Both the position numbers and the translations under genes were made by a program. The notes beneath the pieces are model-generated. The model saw nothing but the letters and a program-made list of their open reading frames with translations, searched no databases and had not been told where the DNA came from. DNA of 59,862 nt, filler included. It is 5 parts of 5 records of this genome, joined end to end, with 100 filler letters (N's around TTAATTAATTAA, not from the genome) between each part and the next. Parts side by side here need not be neighbours in the genome. Positions count along the whole stretch, not along the records: positions 1 to 8,260 come from SRR2962707_4626; positions 8,361 to 19,798 come from SRR2962707_4631; 3 more parts are not named here. One strand, 5' to 3'. Positions 1-10,590 of this stretch are shown here, piece by piece. Position 1 is the first letter of the stretch, and every line of letters begins with the position of its first letter.

Positions 1-57
1 TTCTTCTTCTTCTTCTTCTTCTTCGTCTCCTCCTCCCTCTCTCCCTCTTTCTCCCCC
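1..57 (+). repeat. (TTC)n microsatellite / polypyrimidine tract at contig start
   Basis: About 8 TTC units at 1-24, followed by a CT-rich tract upstream of the clathrin ATG. Confidence 0.85.
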
Positions 58-88
58 AGTTCGTTGCCGAACCCCGCGCCGCTTCATC

Positions 89-3000
89 ATGGCAGATGCC
101 AGCCTCCCCATCGTGTTCCAGAAGCTGTTCGACCTTCCGCAGCTGGGCATCAACCCTGAATTCATCAAGTTCGGGCAGCTGACCATGGAAGGCGATCAGA
201 ACCTGTGCATCCGCGAGGGAAGCCAGATTGCGCTCATGAACTTGAAAAACGGCATGATCCAGCGCCGACCCATTCAGGCAGACGGTGCCATCTACTCCTC
301 CAACGAGGTGTTGGCCCTTCGCTCTGGTTCGACCGTGCAGAGTTACTCCATGACCCAAAAGGCCAAGCTTGCTACATTCCAGGTGCCAGCTGGTGAGACA
401 CTTACGTTCTGGCGCTGGATCAGCGACTCAGAAGTGGCCTACGTCACCAACGATGCCGTCTTCCACTGGAATGCTGTGCAGCAGGGCTCCCAGCCCCGCA
501 AGGTCTTCGACCGCCACCCGTCCCTCGCCGGCTGCCAAGTCATCAACTACCAGGTTTCGCAAGACAACAAATGGTACCTCGCTGTCGGAATCAAGAAGGG
601 TGTCTCTGGCATCGAAGGCCAGATGCAGCTCTACTCCGTGGACAAGAAGGTGAGCCAGCCTCTTCGTGGTCACGCCGGCGCTTTTGCCCAGATCACTGTG
701 CAGGGCCGCCAGGCGCAGGTGTTCTGCTTCGCTGAGATGAAGCCCGGGTCGACCCCAAAGCTCTACGTCATGGAAGTTGGCCGCGACGCCAGCCAGGGCC
801 CTGGGTTCAAGATCCAGCCACAGGACATCCCGTTCCCGGCCGACGCAGCGGGCGACTTTCCGGTGTCGATGCAGGTCAGCAGCAAGCATGACATCCTCTT
901 CATGATGACCAAGATGGGTTACCTTTTCCTCTTCGATCTTCACACCGGCACTTGCCTTTTCCGCAAGCGCGTGAGTCCCGACCCCATCTTTGCCACGTGC
1001 CCGCACACGGCCACCAACGGTATTTTGGGTGTGACGGCCGGCAAGGGAGCCGTGCTGTCAGTCAGTGTCAACGAGCGCAACCTGGTCCCCTTTGTGCGCG
1101 ATACGCTGAAGAAGCCGGAGCTGGCCCTTGAGCTTGCTGGGCGCCTTGGCCTGCCTGGTGCGGAGAAGTTGTATCTCACACGCTTCCAAGGCCTGATTCA
1201 GCAAGGCGACATCGCTGGTGCTGCTCAGGTGGCTGCCACATCGCCCGGCGGCATCTTGCGCACTGCTGATACCATCAAAACCTTCCAGAGCCTGCCCGTT
1301 CAACCCGGCTCCCAGCAGCCGCTTCTGCAGTATTTCCAGATCCTCCTCAAGAATGGCACGCTGAACAAGTTGGAGTCCATCGAACTCGTCCGCCCGGCAA
1401 TTCAGAAGCAGGCCACTGGCTTGATCGAGAACTGGATCCGTGAAAAGAAGCTGGAAGCATCTGAGGAGCTTGGCGACATGCTGTCGGGCTTGGAGCTGAA
1501 GTTGGCCCTGCAGGTCTACCGCGATGCACGCGCCCACGACAAAGTGGTGCAGGCCCTCAACGGCCTGGGGCACTTTGACAAAGCCATGGCCTACTCTGGA
1601 CAGGTTGGGTACCAGCCCAACTATCCCGAGATGCTTCGCAAGATGCTGCAGACGCAGCAGCCTGACGCGCCCCGCAAGGCAATGGAGATGGCCGTGCAGC
1701 TGGCTAAGAACCCGAACGTGCAGCTGGACAACACCCAGACTGTGCAGATCTTCCAAGACTTCAACCTGTTGGAGCAAGCCACAGGATTTCTGCTAAAGGT
1801 TCTCGACGGTGACCGCAAGGAAGATTCTCTGCTGCAGACGCGCCTGCTTGAGATGAACTTGAATGCTGGTCACACAAAGGTGGCCGACGCGATCCTCGAC
1901 CGGGACTGCTTCCACCACTTCGACCGAACCCTCATTGGCAACTTGTGCGAGCGCCGTGGCCTGTTCCAGCGCGCCCTCGACCTGTTCAACAACATTGAGG
2001 AGATCAAACGCGTGTTGACCAACTTCAACCCGAACCCTCGCTTCCAGCAGAATCTCAATGCCCAGTGGCTCGTCAAGTACCTCGGCGAGCGCCTCAGCCG
2101 CGAGGACTGCTTGGAGTGCCTCCGCCAGCTTCTCAGCACGAACCCCCAGAATTTGCAAGTCGTTGTGACCGTGGCCAAGGAGTACTCCGACTCCCTTCAC
2201 CCTGAGTCGCTCATCGCCTTGTTCGATGAGTTCAGCTCTGTGCACGGCTTGTTCCACTACCTGGGAGCCATCGTCAACACGTCCACGGACCCCGAGGTGC
2301 ACTTCAAGTACATCGAAGCGGCCTCCAACCTGGGCAAGCAGTCACGTGACCCCACCTACTTCGCTGAGGTTGAGCGTGTGTGCAAGGATTCTACGTCCTA
2401 CGACCCCGAGCGTGTCAAGAACTTCCTGCTGGAAGCCAAGCTCCCCGAGCCACGCCCGCTCATCCACGTGTGTGACCGCCACGACTTCGTGGAGGAGCTC
2501 ACGGAGTACATGTACCCCGAGATGATGAAGTACATTGTGGTGTACGTGCAAAAGGTGTCTCCTCAGAAGACGCCCAAGGTTGTGGGCAAGCTGTTGGACT
2601 TGGACTGCGAAACCGAAACAATCCAGAACTTGCTCAACAGCGTGCGTAGCATGTGCCCAGTGGAACCCTTGGTGGAGGAGGTGGAGAAGCGCAACAAGGT
2701 CCGCATTCTGGAACCTTGGTTGGAGCAGCGCGTGCGCGAAGGGTCCACAGAGCCGGCAACACACAATGCGCTTGGTAAAATCTATGTCACCCTCAACCGC
2801 AATGCTGAGGAGTGGCTCCAGACCAACCGTTTCTATGAGTCACCCGTCCTCGGCCAGTTCTGCGAGAAGCTCGACCCGTACCTCGCCTTCCTGTGCTACA
2901 AACGCGCAAATGGCCCATGCGACGCAGACCTCATTCGCGTCACGAACGCCAACAGTCTTTTCAAAGATCAGGCCCGCTATCTCGTGGAACGCCAGGACAT

Positions 3001-5326
3001 GGACCTCTGGGCAACTGTCCTGACAGAGGACAACGAGTTCAAGAAGGAACTTGTGGCGGAAGTTGTCGGAACGGCTCTGCCCGACGCCAAAGACCCCGAC
3101 AAGGTTTCATCAACGGTGAAGGCGTTCATGAATGCCAACCTTCCGCACGAGCTCATTGGCCTGCTCGAACGTCTTGTGCTGCAAAAGTCTATCTTCTCGG
3201 AAAATGCCAATTTGCAGAACTTGCTTTTGGTGACTGCCATCCGCGCGTCTCCGGACCGCGTCAAGGACTTCATCCACCGTCTGGACAAGTTCGACGGCAC
3301 TGAGATTGCGGCCATCGCCCTTCAAGAGGAGAACCAACTCTACGAAGAAGCGTTCCTGATCTACAAGAAGTTCGACAATCACCTCGAGGCCATCAGCGTC
3401 CTGCTTCAGCGCCTGCACTCCATTGAGCGAGCCAAGGAATTCGCTGAGCGCGTCCAGGAGCCAGCTGTGTGGAGCCAGCTTGCCAGCGCCCAGTTGCAGG
3501 ATGGCCTTGTTGCGGACTGCATCCAGAGTTACATCACTGCAAATGATGCTACGAACTTCAAAGCTGTCATTGAGGCTGCCAACGGCGCTGAATGCTACGA
3601 CGAGCTTGTCAAGTTTTTGACGATGGCCCGCGAAACCATGAAGGAGCCGATCGTTGACACTGAGATTGTCTACTCGCTTGCACGCTGCGGACGCCTTGGT
3701 GACCTTGAAGAGTTCATCAGCCAGCCCAACGTCGCTCGCATTCAGCAATGCGGCGATCGCCTCTTCGAGGGTGAAATGTACGAAGCCGCAAAGCTGCTGT
3801 TCTCGAACATTGGCAACAATCAACGATTGGCGTCATGCCACCTGGCCCTCAACGAATTCAAGGAGGCCGTGGACGCTGCGAAAAAGGCCAACAGCATTTT
3901 CACATGGAAGGAAGTCAACAAGGCGTGTGTGATTAACAAGGAGTTCAACTTGGCTCGCGTGTCCGGTCTGAACATCATTATCAAGGCCGACCACCTTGAC
4001 GAGCTCATGATGACTTACAGCAACTTTGGCTATTTCGAGGAGCTCATCATCCTCCTTGAAGAGGGTATCTTGCTGGAGGAGCCCGATGCCCACAAGGGCA
4101 TTTTCTCTGCCCTGGCCATCATGTACTCGCGGCACCGACCAGAGGCGCTCATGGACCACATCAAGGCTCACGCCAAGCGCCTGCAAGTGCCGAAGGTGCT
4201 TGGTGCGTGCTCTGCTGGCCGGCACTGGGCTGAAGCAGTGTTCTTGCACCGGTTCACTGAAGACTACGACGAGGCTGTGAAGACCATGATTGCCCACGCC
4301 CCGTCCTGCTTTGACCTTGAGCACATGCTGGAAGGCGCCCCGAAGGTCCGCAACCAAGAACTGCACTACCAAGCCATTTCGTTCTTCGTCGACGAGCAGC
4401 CCATGGAGCTGGGCAAGTTGCTTAAGGTGCTGACCGAACACCTCGACGCCTCGCGAGTTGTGCACTTAATGCAGCGCCGCAAGGACGGCATCGCGTTGGT
4501 GATGCCGTACCTCAAGTCTGTGCAGAGCAAGAACGTGGCCACGGTTAACGAGGCTCTGAACAAGTACTACGTGGAAGAGGAAGACCACGAAGCACTGTCG
4601 GAGTCCATCAACAAGTACGACGCCTTCGATGCCCTTGACCTCGCACAGAAGATCGAAAAGCACGAACTTTTGGCTTTCCGCCGTATCGCGGCCAAGATTT
4701 ACGAAAATGCGAAGCGGTTCATCCAGTCTTTGGAGCTTTCGAAACTCAACGGCATGTTCAAGGATGCCATCAATACCGCTTCCAAGTCAGGGGACGCTAA
4801 GCTTGCCAATGAGCTGTTGCGCTTCTTTGTCGATGAAGGCGACAAGGAATCCTTCACTGCTTGCCTGTACACGTGCTACGATCTCATCGAGCCTTCTGTG
4901 GCACTTGAGGTTGCCTGGCGCAACGGCATTCTCGACTTCGCTATGCCATTCATGATCCAATACGTGCACGACGCGCACAAGAAAGTGCAAGAGCTCATGA
5001 AGCGCACGGAACCGGCGAAGGACGACACCACTGGCGCTTTTGAAGACGACAATGTTGGCCTTGGCTTTGGGGATGGTCCAATTGCAATTGCATCAACTGC
5101 CTTCAACCCGGGTATGGGCGGCGGCATGGGCCCCATGGGTGGCATGGGCGGCGGCATGGGTCCCATGGGTGGCATGGGCGGCGGTATGGGTCCCATGGGC
5201 GGCATGGGCGGTGGCATGGGCCCAATGGGTGGCATGGGCGGCGGCATGGGTGGCATGGGCGGCATGGGCGGCATGGGCGGCGGCGGCATGGGTGGAGGCA
5301 TGGGCGGCGGCATGGGTTTCAACTAA
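89..5326 (+). CDS. CHC: Clathrin heavy chain (eukaryotic, intronless)
   Basis: 1745-aa ORF with clathrin terminal-domain and CHCR motifs (GQMQLYSVDKKVSQ, LLQYFQILL, LQTRLLEMNL, PLIHVCDRHDFV, NLQNLLLVTAI, LEVAWRNG, FAMPFMIQ). Confidence 0.97.
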   Translation: MADASLPIVFQKLFDLPQLGINPEFIKFGQLTMEGDQNLCIREGSQIALMNLKNGMIQRRPIQADGAIYSSNEVLALRSGSTVQSYSMTQKAKLATFQVPAGETLTFWRWISDSEVAYVTNDAVFHWNAVQQGSQPRKVFDRHPSLAGCQVINYQVSQDNKWYLAVGIKKGVSGIEGQMQLYSVDKKVSQPLRGHAGAFAQITVQGRQAQVFCFAEMKPGSTPKLYVMEVGRDASQGPGFKIQPQDIPFPADAAGDFPVSMQVSSKHDILFMMTKMGYLFLFDLHTGTCLFRKRVSPDPIFATCPHTATNGILGVTAGKGAVLSVSVNERNLVPFVRDTLKKPELALELAGRLGLPGAEKLYLTRFQGLIQQGDIAGAAQVAATSPGGILRTADTIKTFQSLPVQPGSQQPLLQYFQILLKNGTLNKLESIELVRPAIQKQATGLIENWIREKKLEASEELGDMLSGLELKLALQVYRDARAHDKVVQALNGLGHFDKAMAYSGQVGYQPNYPEMLRKMLQTQQPDAPRKAMEMAVQLAKNPNVQLDNTQTVQIFQDFNLLEQATGFLLKVLDGDRKEDSLLQTRLLEMNLNAGHTKVADAILDRDCFHHFDRTLIGNLCERRGLFQRALDLFNNIEEIKRVLTNFNPNPRFQQNLNAQWLVKYLGERLSREDCLECLRQLLSTNPQNLQVVVTVAKEYSDSLHPESLIALFDEFSSVHGLFHYLGAIVNTSTDPEVHFKYIEAASNLGKQSRDPTYFAEVERVCKDSTSYDPERVKNFLLEAKLPEPRPLIHVCDRHDFVEELTEYMYPEMMKYIVVYVQKVSPQKTPKVVGKLLDLDCETETIQNLLNSVRSMCPVEPLVEEVEKRNKVRILEPWLEQRVREGSTEPATHNALGKIYVTLNRNAEEWLQTNRFYESPVLGQFCEKLDPYLAFLCYKRANGPCDADLIRVTNANSLFKDQARYLVERQDMDLWATVLTEDNEFKKELVAEVVGTALPDAKDPDKVSSTVKAFMNANLPHELIGLLERLVLQKSIFSENANLQNLLLVTAIRASPDRVKDFIHRLDKFDGTEIAAIALQEENQLYEEAFLIYKKFDNHLEAISVLLQRLHSIERAKEFAERVQEPAVWSQLASAQLQDGLVADCIQSYITANDATNFKAVIEAANGAECYDELVKFLTMARETMKEPIVDTEIVYSLARCGRLGDLEEFISQPNVARIQQCGDRLFEGEMYEAAKLLFSNIGNNQRLASCHLALNEFKEAVDAAKKANSIFTWKEVNKACVINKEFNLARVSGLNIIIKADHLDELMMTYSNFGYFEELIILLEEGILLEEPDAHKGIFSALAIMYSRHRPEALMDHIKAHAKRLQVPKVLGACSAGRHWAEAVFLHRFTEDYDEAVKTMIAHAPSCFDLEHMLEGAPKVRNQELHYQAISFFVDEQPMELGKLLKVLTEHLDASRVVHLMQRRKDGIALVMPYLKSVQSKNVATVNEALNKYYVEEEDHEALSESINKYDAFDALDLAQKIEKHELLAFRRIAAKIYENAKRFIQSLELSKLNGMFKDAINTASKSGDAKLANELLRFFVDEGDKESFTACLYTCYDLIEPSVALEVAWRNGILDFAMPFMIQYVHDAHKKVQELMKRTEPAKDDTTGAFEDDNVGLGFGDGPIAIASTAFNPGMGGGMGPMGGMGGGMGPMGGMGGGMGPMGGMGGGMGPMGGMGGGMGGMGGMGGMGGGGMGGGMGGGMGFN
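5111..5317 (+). repeat. Coding tandem repeat for the (GGMGPM/GGMG)n C-terminal tail of clathrin
   Basis: Repeated ATGGGC/GGCATG units, including about four 30-nt MGGGMGPMGG units. Confidence 0.9.
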
Positions 5327-5508
5327 GGCCACCTGACAGCAACTGCAATTTGCCAGTGTCACTAATAGATGGCAGTGCGAAAACGAAAGTTTGACGTGCA
5401 GCCCCCCCCCCCCAATCCCAATCAGTAGTGAATATTTCGATCGCGCTCGGGTTGGCCCGTAGTCGCCAATCGCAGTCGATTTGTTTCATTAAGTTAATTT
5501 GTTAGATC

Positions 5509-8052
5509 TCAACACGTTTTCGAGTTGGCGACCAGTCGTGCTATCAAATCTTTCTTCTTCCCTGAGTGTGACAGGTTGAGGGCTCGAAGCAAAGCCTTCA
5601 ACTCAACAACGCGTAGACCGTCGAGGTCCTGCTGTGATGTGCCCATCGTCAAATTGTGCAGACCGCACATACTGCATGCGTGTAATCGCCTAAGGCAGCG
5701 CTTCGATGTGTCTGACTTGCGTTTTCTTTTTGTGTAAGCAACACACGATCCCTCACGCTTCAAGGCAGGGCTGTCGTTGACAAATGTGCAGAATGTGCAA
5801 ACCCAGGACTGGGCTGATCCATCATCTGCCTTCTCAGGTTTGATTTCCTCTTTGACACAAGTGGCTGACGTGGAAACCGTTGCCGCGCTTCTGGAGCTTG
5901 CCTGCTGCGCGGGCATTTGGTTAAGGTTTGCATGATGAGGCTCTTGCTTCACCTTGTTGGGCTTCTTCGCGACTGTCGCATCAGAGTCCCAACCGTCGTC
6001 GTAGCTTTCGTGGAGCTGGCACACTGGGACTTGCTTCTGCGCTGGAGATCCTGAAGCGGCAGGGCGCCTCCAGGATCGTCTCCATCTTGAGCCTATTGGT
6101 AAGGGGTTTTTCGCGGGGTATTCAAGTTTTGGCAGTGCTGTTTCTTCTTCATTGCTTGACGGCGCTGGGCATCCCGAGTCGAGACGCTGAACACCCTCGT
6201 CAGCGTCGCTGGTGGCGTGCTTTTTTTCTCCGTGTTGGTCACCCAAGCTCTTGAAACTTTGATTGACCATGGCGTGTGCTGCAATGTTGATTGAAGACCT
6301 ACTGCCAAGATCGTCTTGATGTTCAGTTGAGGCAGGCAGCGCAACAGGAGCAGAAATCGAGCTCGCATGCTCTGTCGCCTTTTCTGCACCCTCGGCGGCA
6401 TTTTCTACCCCAATTTGTTGCGGCTGCCGAGACCGCAGGTGTGTTTCTTCCTTGACTTCTCTGGTAGAGACAGTTACAATTGGTGAACTGCTTTCTTGAA
6501 AACCAATTGAGCGCATGACGGCGTTGTGTTCATACTCCAACTGTTGATGAAATTCCGGTTTTTGGCCTGGGGTTTTGCTTTCAGGCATTGCTGTGCAAGC
6601 TCGAAGATGGCTTTGAGCGTTTGTTTTAACACCAAGATGCTGAATGTTCCCGACAGTAGAGTTGGTGTTGCTGCTCTTGTTCTTTCGGCGCGTCAGCAAA
6701 CGTGACTGCAGCTTTAAGCGGTGCCTATGGTTTTCGTCTTCGTACACCTGCGAGGTAGTACAGCACCACAAGTGAGCATGCCGCAGGTACAAGCAAAACG
6801 GATGAGTTCAAATGAAACGTCACAAAGTAAAATTGCAACCGTCGTTGTCCCAGACCTTCTCTGCAACAGCGTCACGCCTGTCGAAACTGGCTATTACACG
6901 TCGACATACGGTCAGTGAGTCGTCGGCGTCACCATCGGCATCAGAATCGAGCTCACCTAACCTTTGATCAGCCTTGGTGGTGTTGCGTTTTTGGTCGCTT
7001 TGATGCCCAATTGAATCAACACTGGCATCAAAACACCCAGCACTATCATGCTCGACCTGTCCCTGGATTGTTTTTTCGTCGATTTTGCTCACACTGCCTC
7101 CATCAAGCTCAATGTCTTGATAAAATGATGATCGAATCAGCGATCGACTTAGCATTGTTGTGTCATCATAAGCCTGCTCGAGTCGCTGACTCTGTGCAAA
7201 GTCTGCTGCTTCATTGTTTGCAAAACTGGCTTGCTTTGGACCTTGGCATGATGTCGGCGCCCTCTGAGTAATAACAACCGTCTGCGATTCGTCATCGATT
7301 CCACTTGTGGTGCCCGAATCATCGCACCATTCGTTGTTCATTGCCACAGGGCTGATGTCGATGCGCAAGTTGTTGCCTTGGCATGTGCCAGCATCAACCT
7401 TTGTGGCAACTGATGTTTTTATTCTATTTGCACACGAAGACACAGAAGAAACACAGTCCTTCTTGCACGAAAAGGGCTTGCTTCCACGACGAGCGGCAAA
7501 GCCGGGAGCCTGACAGGCAAACCCAACATGGTGGGCCAGGGTCTGACAAAATGCTGTCAGCTCCAATAATTTGGCTGACATTTGGTTCATTTTGTGGCGA
7601 AGCTTCAGAAACTCAGCATCACCCTGTGAAGTTGGCCGCGTTGTGCGTTGAAATGTCTCAGCCGGTGTTGCTGGGCACAGCACTTGGGTCATTGTCGGCG
7701 TTGCAGCAGCTTTCTCAATGGGTGCTGTGTAAGGGGCTGGCTCCGTCTCTCGCAGGCATGGCGTTCGCAACCTCCCCCTTTTTTGCTTCATGTCAACAAA
7801 TTGAAGATTGTGGTTCAGGCTTACCGGGGTAAGATTCCTCCACGTTCGCTTGTTTGTGAGATTTTGAAGCACTGCAGCTGGGCTACTGCCAAAATCGTCA
7901 AAAATGTCTGCGTGGCTTTCGTCGAGAACGGAAGCCTCAACATTTCCACCCGGCTCATCGTCTGTACCATTGCTCGCTTTGCACGGAGTATCTTCAACTA
8001 CAAACACGGGCCGCCTGTGGGGAAGTGTTGTCCTCCCAGTCTCGTGGAACAT
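5509..8052 (-). CDS. Two-exon, largely disordered protein (~811 aa) with a RanBP2-like zinc finger and C-terminal SAP domain; exons 8052-6856 and 6747-5509
   Basis: ORFs 6820-8052 and 5509-6792 join in phase 0 through a GT..CAG intron at 6748-6855 (AEK|VYED). WVCTFCTFVN...CSMCG; SAP motif LRVVELKALLRALNLSHSGKKKDLIARL. Confidence 0.7.
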
Positions 8053-8151
8053 TGCTGTTCACGGCACCACACACTCTGTCGGCCTGACAGCTGCCGTTTT
8101 CTATCACTGGATGATCTGTTTTCAAATGCAAAAAATAATACAGGAAATAAC

Positions 8152-8260
8152 AGAAGACCACGAAGAAGAAGATGACCACGAAGAAGAAGCCGACGAAGAA
8201 GAAGAAGCCGACGACGAAGAAGAAGCCGACGACGACGAAGAAGAAGACGACGAAGAAGAA
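8152..8260 (+). repeat. GAA/GAC-rich simple repeat at contig end (TTC-rich on the minus strand)
   Basis: GAAGAAGAAGCCGACGAC-type units running into the gap. Confidence 0.85.
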
Positions 8261-8360
8261 NNNNNNNNNNNNNNNNNNNNNNNNNNNNNNNNNNNNNNNN
8301 NNNNTTAATTAATTAANNNNNNNNNNNNNNNNNNNNNNNNNNNNNNNNNNNNNNNNNNNN
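8261..8360. other. Artificial contig-joining linker
   Basis: 44 N + TTAATTAATTAA (stops in all six frames) + 44 N. Confidence 0.98.
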
Positions 8361-9742
8361 ATCAGGAACAGGTGATGCAGATCGCGCAGGTCTTCGCGGG
8401 TTACTCGCTCGGCGAAGCCGACCTGCTCCGCCGCGCCATGGGCAAGAAGATCAAGTCCGAGATGGACGCGCAGCGCGAGCGTTTCGTCTCCGGCGCGGTC
8501 GCGCGCGGCGTCGAAAAGAAACAGGCCGAGTTCGTTTTCGACCTCGTCGACAAGTTCGCGGGCTACGGCTTCAACAAGTCGCACTCCGCCTGCTACGCCG
8601 TCGTCGCCTATCAGACGGCGTGGCTCAAGGCGAACCATCCGGTCGAGTTCCTCGCGGCCTCGATGAGCTTCGACCTCAACAACACCGACAAGCTCGGCCT
8701 CTTCAAGCAGGAAGCCGAACGTCTCGGCATCAAGGTTTCGCCGCCCTGCATCAATCGTTCGGAGGCCCTCTTCGGCGTCGCCGAAAACGAAATCCTCTAC
8801 GCGCTGTCCGCCGTGAAAAATGTCGGCCGGCAGGCGATGGAGCATCTGGTCGAGCTTCGCAATGAGGGTGGGCCGTTCCGCGATCTCTTCGATTTCGCGA
8901 GCCGCATCAACCCGCGCTTCATCAACAAGCGTACTTTCGAAAATCTCGCCCGCGCGGGCGCGTTCGACGCGCTGAACCCGAACCGCGCGCAGGTGCTCGC
9001 CTCCGCCGACCTCCTGCTCGGCACGGCAAACGTCGCCGCGCAGGAGCGCGAGAGCCAGCAGGACAGCCTCTTCGGCGGCGACAGCGGCGTCGCGGCGGCG
9101 CAGCCCTCGCTTCCCGCCGTCGAGCCCTGGCTCCCGATGCAGCGCCTCACCGAGGAGTTCAACGCCGTCGGCTTCTACCTTTCCGGCCACCCGCTCGACG
9201 ACTACCGCGCCGAGCTACAGCGCGCGGGCGTCGTCACCTATGCCGAAATGCTGAAGCGCACCAACACCGCCGAAAAAATCGCAGGCACCGTCACCGCCCG
9301 GCAAGAACGCAAATCCAAGAAGGGCAACCCCTTCGCCTTCCTCGGCCTGTCGGACCCCACAGGCCAGTTCGAGCTCGTTGTCTTCTCGGAAGTCCTGAAC
9401 AGCTCCCGCGACCTCATGCAACCCGGTAATGCCGTGGTGGTGAGTGTCGAGATCGACCGCACCGGCGAAGAGGTAAAACTCCGCGCCCAGTCCGTCCGCA
9501 GCGTCGACGACGTGGTGAAGGACACCGGCGCGGGTCTCAAGATTTTCGTGGACACATCTGCGCCTCTCGAAGCGGTAAGAACTCGCCTCTCGGAAAAGGG
9601 CAAGGGGCTGGTATCGCTCGTGCTCATGGGCGAGGGCGGCAGGGAGGTCGAATTGAAGCTCAAGGAGCGCTACAAGGTGACGCCCCAGATACGCGGAGCC
9701 ATCAAGTCGGTTCCTGGCGTGGTCGAAATCCGCGAGATATGA
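8361..9742 (+). CDS. dnaE: DNA polymerase III alpha subunit, 5'-truncated
   Basis: QEQVMQIAQVFAGYSLGEADLLRRAMGKK, FAGYGFNKSHSACY, GFYLSGHPLD and C-terminal OB fold. Confidence 0.96.
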
Positions 9743-9804
9743 CGCTTCAGTGACAGTTCGATGACAGCCGGGCCGCTTTATCCCCGTTTTCGGGTTTTCC
9801 CCGC

Positions 9805-10590
9805 TCAGCCGAAGTCGAGTTCCGCCCAGATTGGTACGTGGTCGGACGGTTTTTCACGACCCCTGACATTGCGGTCGATATCGCTCGCTTTCAGCAGGTC
9901 CGCCGCCTGCGGCGACAGCAGCAGGTGGTCGATGCGGATGCCGTTATCCTTCTGCCACGCGCCGGCCTGATAGTCCCAGAAGGTGTAGCGGTGCGCCTCG
10001 CGGTGGCAGGCGCGAAAGGCATCCGTGAAGCCCAGATTCACAAGTTCGCGGAACTTCGCCCGCGTCTCCGGGCGGAACAGCGCGTCGTTCGCCCACGCCT
10101 GCGGATCGTGAACATCGTCCGCCGTCGGAATAACATTGTAATCGCCTGCCAGAACGAGAGGTTCCTCGTAGGCAAGCAACTTTCCGGCATGGTCGATCAG
10201 CCGGTCCATCCAGCGCAGCTTGTATTCGAACTTCTCGCTGTCGACCGGATTGCCGTTCGGCAGGTAGATCGACGCGATGCGCAGCGCCTTGTCCTTCGCC
10301 GTCACGACCGCCTCGATATAGCGCGCATGGTCGTCGCCGTCGCCTCCCGGCAGACCCCGGCTCACATCCTCGAGCGGCAGCTTCGAAAGGATCGCGACGC
10401 CGTTATAGGTCTTCTGTCCATGCGTCGCGACGTTGTAGCCAAGGTCCTCGATTTCGCTGCGCGGAAAGGCATCGTCCATGCATTTCAGCTCCTGCAGGCA
10501 GACGACATCCGGCGCCGCCTCCTTCAGCCACTCGGTCAGGTTCGCCAGCCGCGCCTTGACGGAATTGACGTTGAAGCTCGCGATTTTCAT
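9805..10590 (-). CDS. xth: Exodeoxyribonuclease III
   Basis: MKIASFNVNSV, CLQELK, GQKTYNGVAILS, LAGDYN, GIRIDHLLLS, PSDHVP; real start is ATG 10590. Confidence 0.95.
   Translation of the reverse strand: MKIASFNVNSVKARLANLTEWLKEAAPDVVCLQELKCMDDAFPRSEIEDLGYNVATHGQKTYNGVAILSKLPLEDVSRGLPGGDGDDHARYIEAVVTAKDKALRIASIYLPNGNPVDSEKFEYKLRWMDRLIDHAGKLLAYEEPLVLAGDYNVIPTADDVHDPQAWANDALFRPETRAKFRELVNLGFTDAFRACHREAHRYTFWDYQAGAWQKDNGIRIDHLLLSPQAADLLKASDIDRNVRGREKPSDHVPIWAELDFG

Noticed and set aside
4876..5362. Pro/Met-rich and Ala/Trp/His-rich alternative-frame ORFs
   Set aside because: Alternative frames of the clathrin GGM repeat
7904..8308. ORF ending in a poly-D/E tract
   Set aside because: Translation of a GAA/GAC simple repeat that overlaps a better-supported minus-strand gene
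8305..8316. TTAATTAATTAA recurring four times, resembling a repeat or att site
   Set aside because: Always embedded in 44-N flanks; it is an artificial six-frame stop linker
8152..9742. Apparent eukaryote-to-bacterium junction suggesting horizontal transfer
   Set aside because: Separated by the artificial linker; no sequence continuity
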